From: Verrucomicrobiota bacterium | GTDB lineage: Bacteria; Verrucomicrobiota; Verrucomicrobiia; Limisphaerales; Palsa-1400 | DNA length: 64,000 nucleotides | Direction: 5' to 3' | NCBI GenBank assembly: GCA_049510745.1 | Contig: JBEKYR010000021.1 | Location: forward strand, 21,295-85,294 | In this document: piece by piece, positions 59,714 to 64,000 of the stretch | Numbering within the stretch: position 1 is the first letter of the stretch | Layout of the letters: every line of letters starts with the position of its first letter | Program-made: the position numbers and the translations under genes | The notes under the pieces: model-generated | Told to the model about the DNA's origin: nothing | What the model saw: the letters and a program-made list of their open reading frames with translations, nothing else | Databases searched by the model: none

Positions 59714-59760
59714 ACTATAAGCCGGAAGATTCGGCGGGCGCTATGGGGTGTTCCCCCCAT
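59714..59760 (-). promoter_or_regulatory. shared box/-10 promoter 6 (FecR-mlaA unit)
   Basis: CTATGGGGTGTTCCCCCCAT at 59741-59760; TATAGT 21 nt away and 8 nt before the ATG. Confidence 0.75.
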
Positions 59761-62700
59761 GCGTGATTTCTGTGAAACCAACTGTTTTCTGCGCGCTCTC
59801 CGCTTTCGGAGCGCTCGCTTGATCCAGCACTTCCCGCAATTTGCGCGCCAGCGCGGACGGCGTGAACGGCTTTTGCAGCAGCGCCACGCCTTTGTTCAAC
59901 ACGCCTTGATCGACGATGGCGTTCTCGGTGTAGGCGGAAGTGAAAAGAACCCGCGTGTGCGGATTCAGCGCCCGCACCCGGTCGGCCAATTCCTTGCCGC
60001 TCATGTGCGGCATGACGACATCGGTGAACAACAAATCAATGTGTCCGACCTCGCGCTGCTGTTTCAGGCTCAAGGCTTCGATGCCATCGGCCGCCGCCAA
60101 AACCGTGTAGCCCAGCCGTCTTAACAAGGTCGCCGCCATCTCCCGCAAGGCGGGATCGTCCTCGACCAGCAGAATGGTTTCCGTCCCGCGCGGCAACTCA
60201 GGCGTGTCCAGCCGCGGAAGGGGAATCTTCGTCTGCGGCTCCACTTGCGGCAGATAGATTTTGAAGGTGGCGCCGCGGCCCGGTTCGCTATAGACGCTGA
60301 TGTGACCGCCGCTTTGTTTGATGATGCCGTAACAGGTGGACAACCCCAAACCGGTCCCCTGGCCGACGGCTTTGGTGGAAAAAAACGGCTCGAACAAACG
60401 CGCCTTGACGGCCTCGCTCATCCCGGCGCCCGTGTCCGTGATGGCCAGCATCACATAGTCGCCCGCCTTCAATTCCGGATAACGGCCCACACTCTCCTGG
60501 TCAAACGAGACGTTGGCCGTTTCCAGCGTGAGTTTGCCGCCGTTGGGCATGGCCTCGCGCGCGTTCATGGCCAGGTTGATGATCACCTGTTCAATCTGTC
60601 CGGCGTCCGCTTTCACCGCGTGCAGACCAGGGGCGGGAACGATATGCGTCTCCACGCCGCCGCCCATGAGATGGTGAAACATCCCTTCCATGCTCGCGAC
60701 GACCTGATTCAGATCGAGTGTTTCCGGCCGCAGGATTTGCTTGCGGCCATAGGCCAGGAGTTGGCGGGTCAGCGCGGCGGCGCGACCGGCGGCCTGCCTG
60801 ATTTCGGCCGCGTTTTTGGCCAGCGGACTCCCGGTGGGAAGATCGCCGAGCAGCAATTCACTCTGGCCGATGATGGCCGTCAGGATGCTGTTGAACTCGT
60901 GCGCGATGCCGCCCGCCAGTTTGCCGACGGTTTCCATTTTCTGAGATTGAACCAACCGGGCCTCGAGCCGCTTGCGTTCCGTGATGTCGCGCGAAATGCC
61001 CATGATGCCGATGATCTTCCCGGCCCCGTCGAGCATCGGCATCTTCGTGCTGGACACCCATGTGATATGCCCGTCCTTCCAGTCTTCCCGCTCTTCCTTG
61101 TCAATCATCGGCTCGCCTGTGGCCACGATGCGCTGTTCGTCGGCATGGGCTTCGCGCGCGTGCTGTTCCCCGAAGATGTCAAAATCGGTCTTTCCCAGAG
61201 CCGCGGCTCGATCGGACAATCCATTTCTCCGGGCAAACCCCTCGTTAATCCTGATGAAGCGGCCTTCCCGGTCCTTGAAATAAACGATGTCAGGCGTGGC
61301 CGTGATCAAATTGTTCAACAACCGCTGTTCCGTCGCCAGCGCCTCCTCCGCCCGCTTGCCCTCGGTGATGTCCCTGACCGTTGCCTGGAGGAACATCTTT
61401 TCGGCTGACTGCGTCCTGCTCAAGAGCACGGTGGCGGGAAACTCCTCGCCGTTGATCCGCCGGTGTGTCCACTCGAAAAAGTGGGAGCCTTCGCGCATGG
61501 CCTTCTCAATCAGTTCCTTGGCTTTTTCGGCGGAAGCGCGCCCGTCCGGCTGGCGATCGGGAGACAGGTCACATGGCCCGTGCGAAATGAATTCCTCCTC
61601 GCTCTTCGCCCCATACATCTTCACCGCTGCCGGGTTTCCGGAGGTGAACTTCCATGAGGGAGGCTCCATCGTCATGATGGCGTCACGGGAACTCTGGAAG
61701 AGGTCTTGGAATTTCTTCTCGCTCGCCCGCAACTCCTCCGCAGAGCGAAGGCGCTCGATGCCTATCGCGATGTTGTTGGAGACCGAGGCCATTGCTTGCA
61801 GCATCGTATCGGTAAGAGTATGACGAGCGAAAATCGCCATCACACCGACCAAACGATCTTCGACCAGCAAGGGATAACCGGCAAACGCGACCATGCCTTC
61901 GCGTTTGGCCCACTCCTGATCGCCGACGCGCGGATCGCCCACCACCTGGTTGGTCAGATGCGGCTTTCGTTCTTCCGCAATCAGTCCGATCTTGAATTGA
62001 CCGACGGGCACACGTCCATGCGGGCCGTTGAGGTGCGTGTACAAGCCGGCGCTGGCCTGTAGCTCCAGCATCTGCTCGCGTTCGTTCAGCGTCCAAATGC
62101 GGGCGAACGCCACGTCCAACTGCCGCACGATGGCTTCGCCGCACAGCCGAAGCATTTCCGCCAACGTTCTGCCTTGGGTGAGCGCCGTGCCCACATCCGC
62201 TTCCAGCGCCGCCAACTTGGCCCGTTCGTGCAGCGCGTCTTCTGTTCGCTTGCGCTCGGTGATGTCCATATACGTCCCGATCACGCCGCTGATCTCCCCC
62301 TTGGAAGTGCGCAGTGGTATCTTGCTCGAAAGAAGCGTGATGGTGTTCCCTTCGGGAGTCGTCTGGGGTTCTTCGATGAGCAGCTTGGCGCAGCCGCTCT
62401 CGATGACTTGGCGGTCATCACCGCGATACTTTTCCGCCTGGGCGCGCCATCCCATCTGGTAATCATCTTTCCCGATGAGGTCCTTCGGATCGGCAAACCC
62501 CGCATCGCGCGCGAAGACCGCGTTGCAGCCCAGGTAAACCAGATTCTTGTCCTTCCAGAATACCCTCACCGGTATCGCGTTGATAATCCCTTCTATGATC
62601 TGCTGTGAGGCGCGCAGCGCCTCTTCTGATCGCTTGCGTTCGGTGATGTCCCGCTTGATGCCAATGTAACGGGCGATAACACCGTCAGCGCCGCGCAACG

Positions 62701-63322
62701 GGGTGATCGTCATCTCTTCGACATAGAGGCTGCCGTCTTTGCGGCGGTTGGTCAGTTCCCCGCTCCAGACCTGGCCGGAGGAAATCGTCTGCCAGAGATT
62801 TCGATAGAACGCCTCATCCTGGTTGCCGCTTTTAAGGAGGCGCGGGTTTTGTCCGACGGCTTCCTGTGCCGTATAGCCGGTCAGCGCCGTGAAAGCGGGG
62901 TTAACCGATTGAATCGTGCCGTTGTCGTCGGTAATCACGATGGCATTGGCGGCGGCATCGAGTGCGGTGGTCTGCACGCGAAGTTTTTCCTCGGTGCGTT
63001 TGCGCTCGGTTACTTCCCCCTGTAGCGCTTGATTGGACTGCGCCAGTTCTGTCGTGCGCTGCTGAACCCGTTGTTCCAGTTGGTCACGCGACTCCCGCAG
63101 GGCTTTTTCCGCCCGCTCGCGCTCAGCAATTTCCCGGGTCACTCGAAAGGCCACGTAAACAGCGGCGGCGGACGTGATCAGAACGGCCAGGAGAATCAGG
63201 AACTGCATCTCTCGATCCAGTTGCCGCAAGTGGCGCACTCCCTGCCAGCCAACGACAAAGAGCACCGCAGCCAGCAAACAAAACGTTGCGCCCAATCGAA
63301 CCCTGACATCGAAACGCTTCAA
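59741..63322 (-). CDS. hybrid histidine kinase (2TM-PAS-PAS-GAF-PAS-PAS-HisKA-HATPase-REC, CckA-like)
   Basis: DITERKR linkers, GGIAHEFNSIL, NLAMNAREAM, GTGLGL, LLVEDD..TDVVMP..KPF. Confidence 0.93.
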   Translation of the reverse strand: MKRFDVRVRLGATFCLLAAVLFVVGWQGVRHLRQLDREMQFLILLAVLITSAAAVYVAFRVTREIAERERAEKALRESRDQLEQRVQQRTTELAQSNQALQGEVTERKRTEEKLRVQTTALDAAANAIVITDDNGTIQSVNPAFTALTGYTAQEAVGQNPRLLKSGNQDEAFYRNLWQTISSGQVWSGELTNRRKDGSLYVEEMTITPLRGADGVIARYIGIKRDITERKRSEEALRASQQIIEGIINAIPVRVFWKDKNLVYLGCNAVFARDAGFADPKDLIGKDDYQMGWRAQAEKYRGDDRQVIESGCAKLLIEEPQTTPEGNTITLLSSKIPLRTSKGEISGVIGTYMDITERKRTEDALHERAKLAALEADVGTALTQGRTLAEMLRLCGEAIVRQLDVAFARIWTLNEREQMLELQASAGLYTHLNGPHGRVPVGQFKIGLIAEERKPHLTNQVVGDPRVGDQEWAKREGMVAFAGYPLLVEDRLVGVMAIFARHTLTDTMLQAMASVSNNIAIGIERLRSAEELRASEKKFQDLFQSSRDAIMTMEPPSWKFTSGNPAAVKMYGAKSEEEFISHGPCDLSPDRQPDGRASAEKAKELIEKAMREGSHFFEWTHRRINGEEFPATVLLSRTQSAEKMFLQATVRDITEGKRAEEALATEQRLLNNLITATPDIVYFKDREGRFIRINEGFARRNGLSDRAAALGKTDFDIFGEQHAREAHADEQRIVATGEPMIDKEEREDWKDGHITWVSSTKMPMLDGAGKIIGIMGISRDITERKRLEARLVQSQKMETVGKLAGGIAHEFNSILTAIIGQSELLLGDLPTGSPLAKNAAEIRQAAGRAAALTRQLLAYGRKQILRPETLDLNQVVASMEGMFHHLMGGGVETHIVPAPGLHAVKADAGQIEQVIINLAMNAREAMPNGGKLTLETANVSFDQESVGRYPELKAGDYVMLAITDTGAGMSEAVKARLFEPFFSTKAVGQGTGLGLSTCYGIIKQSGGHISVYSEPGRGATFKIYLPQVEPQTKIPLPRLDTPELPRGTETILLVEDDPALREMAATLLRRLGYTVLAAADGIEALSLKQQREVGHIDLLFTDVVMPHMSGKELADRVRALNPHTRVLFTSAYTENAIVDQGVLNKGVALLQKPFTPSALARKLREVLDQASAPKAESAQKTVGFTEITHGGNTP

Positions 63323-63413
63323 GATTTTCTTTCCCGTTCGGCCAAGTCAGGCCACCCGCCGGCTTCCCGAAAAGGAGGCCTGAAAGTCTGGTGGCTGACC
63401 ATGCCGGGTTGTT

Positions 63414-64000
63414 TCATGAAGGCGCTGTTTCCGGCTCGTCCAGCATCTCGCGCACTTTGCGGGCCAGCGTGGCGGGCGTATAAGGTTTGGGCAGGAACTC
63501 AACTCCCCGCTCCAGCACTCCGTGGCGTGTGATGGCCTCATCGGTGTAACCCGAGGTGAAGAGGACTTTGAGATTGGGATTGGCTGTTTTCAGCCACTCC
63601 GCCATCACTTTGCCGCCCATCAGCGGCATGATGACATCGGTGACCACCAAACGAATCGGCGGCCCTTTATGCTCCCGCGCCATGTGCAACGCATCCTGGC
63701 CGTTGTTCGCCCGCAGCACGCAGTAACCTTGGGCTTCCAAAATATCATGGGCCAGATGGCGCACGCCGGGGTCATCCTCCACCAGCAGCAAGGTTTCCGT
63801 CCCGCGCGGCAACGGCCCGGCCCGGATCGATCGGGCCGCAACATCCAGCGGCTGCTCGACTCGCGGAAAATAAACCTTGAAGGTCGTGCCTTTGCCCATC
63901 TCACTGCAAACGCCGATGTAACCGCCGGATTGTTGGACGATGGTCTGGCAGGTCGCCAGCCCCAGACCGGTGCCTTTGCCCTTGGGCTTGGTGGTGAAAA
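63414..64000 (-). CDS. hybrid histidine kinase, 3' part (runs off the window)
   Basis: FTTKPKGKGTGLGL, LLVEDD, TDVIMP, FTSGY, KPY. Confidence 0.9.
   Translation of the reverse strand, partial: FTTKPKGKGTGLGLATCQTIVQQSGGYIGVCSEMGKGTTFKVYFPRVEQPLDVAARSIRAGPLPRGTETLLLVEDDPGVRHLAHDILEAQGYCVLRANNGQDALHMAREHKGPPIRLVVTDVIMPLMGGKVMAEWLKTANPNLKVLFTSGYTDEAITRHGVLERGVEFLPKPYTPATLARKVREMLDEPETAPS

Overview
GC-rich bacterial DNA. The secreted-protein style (Ig/FN3 modules, C-termini ending in FYR/FYK) and the attC/REP-like sequences suggest Verrucomicrobiota subdivision 3; this is an inference. There are three zones. (1) 1-19.7 kb is an accessory integration hotspot. It has an integron-type attC behind a CAAX-protease gene, two same-orientation 3'-half copies of tRNA-Arg(UCG), defence/TA cargo (AbiEi/AbiEii, SymE-like, AEP-primase/SF2-helicase/DUF559 fusion, AAA-DUF4143), several gene fragments and hydrolases. 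No integrase is visible. (2) 19.8-30.2 kb holds two large secreted modular proteins: a GH2 with three inserted jelly-roll modules, and a protein with three copies of an unrecognised domain alternating with Ig domains. (3) 30.4-64 kb is an almost entirely minus-strand general-stress/carbon-storage cluster: xfp, DUF3309, dps, ADH, cydAB, glgP, pgm, DUF2934, PRC-barrel, ElaB/YqjE/YqjK-like, a 2005-aa Cys-rich surface protein, an MlaA-hydrolase fusion, FecR-like and hybrid kinases. The main observation is that six transcription units in zone 3 share one promoter design, a semi-palindromic box read on + as CTATGGGG-N5/6-CCC(T/C)A, lying 20-22 nt from a TAnnnT -10. One of these units is a LuxR-type HTH protein with an 8-heptad coiled coil in place of a receiver domain. 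This is a candidate undescribed stress regulon with its own activator. All family calls come from motif recognition by eye, with no database searches.
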